A stretch of DNA of 62,902 bases, counting the filler, from Octopus bimaculoides (taxonomy: Eukaryota), in NCBI RefSeq assembly GCF_001194135.2. It is 7 parts of 5 records of this genome, joined end to end, with 100 filler letters (N's around TTAATTAATTAA, not from the genome) between each part and the next. Parts side by side here need not be neighbours in the genome. Positions count along the whole stretch, not along the records: positions 61,468 to 62,902 come from NW_026316787.1; 6 more parts are not named here. One strand, given 5' to 3'. Both the position numbers and the translations under genes were made by a program. A model generated the notes under the pieces. The model was not told where the DNA came from, did no database searches, and saw only the letters and a list, made by a program, of their open reading frames with translations. Below, piece after piece: positions 62,547 to 62,902 of the stretch (its first letter is position 1; the number at the start of each line of letters is the position of its first letter).

Positions 62547-62902
62547 ATCTCCGAAACGGCCCGTTGATGAAACTTGTGGATCCATTGAACATTGTCTCTA
62601 ATTTTAGTATGTCCGTTTAAGGCTGTAAAATGTCTGACTTTCTACTTTCCACACGCTTCGTATTCCAACTTGAAATCTTTAGTCCTTATAACATATCCTG
62701 TGAACTTATAATTTACTATATCCTATTTCATATCAACGTCTACTATTTTAAAATGCCTATGTATTTATAAATGTTTTTTTTATATATTTTTAAATATCTA
62801 AGTGTTTTTAAATATTCTATGTGCTTGTATTCTGACCTCTAAATTTTTATGCCTATACTAGCAGAAATACCCGGCGTTGCCCGGGTTAAAGAGAATAATG
62901 AA

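Overview
AT-rich, microsatellite-dense eukaryotic genomic DNA. The SINE families and simple-repeat density look like an Octopus (coleoid cephalopod) scaffold; this is inference from pattern, not a database match. Roughly 9 kb is N, and six artificial N44-TTAATTAATTAA-N44 linkers mean the pieces may not be contiguous. Only one host coding exon is well supported: a 126-nt phase 1-1 exon on the minus strand (60647-60772) encoding the start of a laminin-G-like domain. The rest is intronic or intergenic and full of decayed mobile DNA: mariner/Tc1 fossils and a mariner MITE, a Merlin (IS1595-like) transposase, CR1-group, RTE and R4/Dong-like LINEs, a Penelope-like GIY-YIG fragment and several tRNA-derived SINE families. 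The most interesting unexplained signals are: (i) a core-intact minimal type I hammerhead ribozyme candidate at 37300-37352, with further hammerhead-like cores in small inverted-repeat and tRNA-headed elements; (ii) a 445-bp foldback element whose 167-bp inverted arms each hold an outward-facing tRNA-like unit; (iii) a SINE and a CR1-like LINE that share a 3' tail with a covarying stem-loop. All translations, alignments and folds were done by eye, so repeat boundaries are approximate. Nothing is prokaryotic (no CRISPR, no operons), and almost all ORF-track entries are microsatellite or N-gap artefacts.
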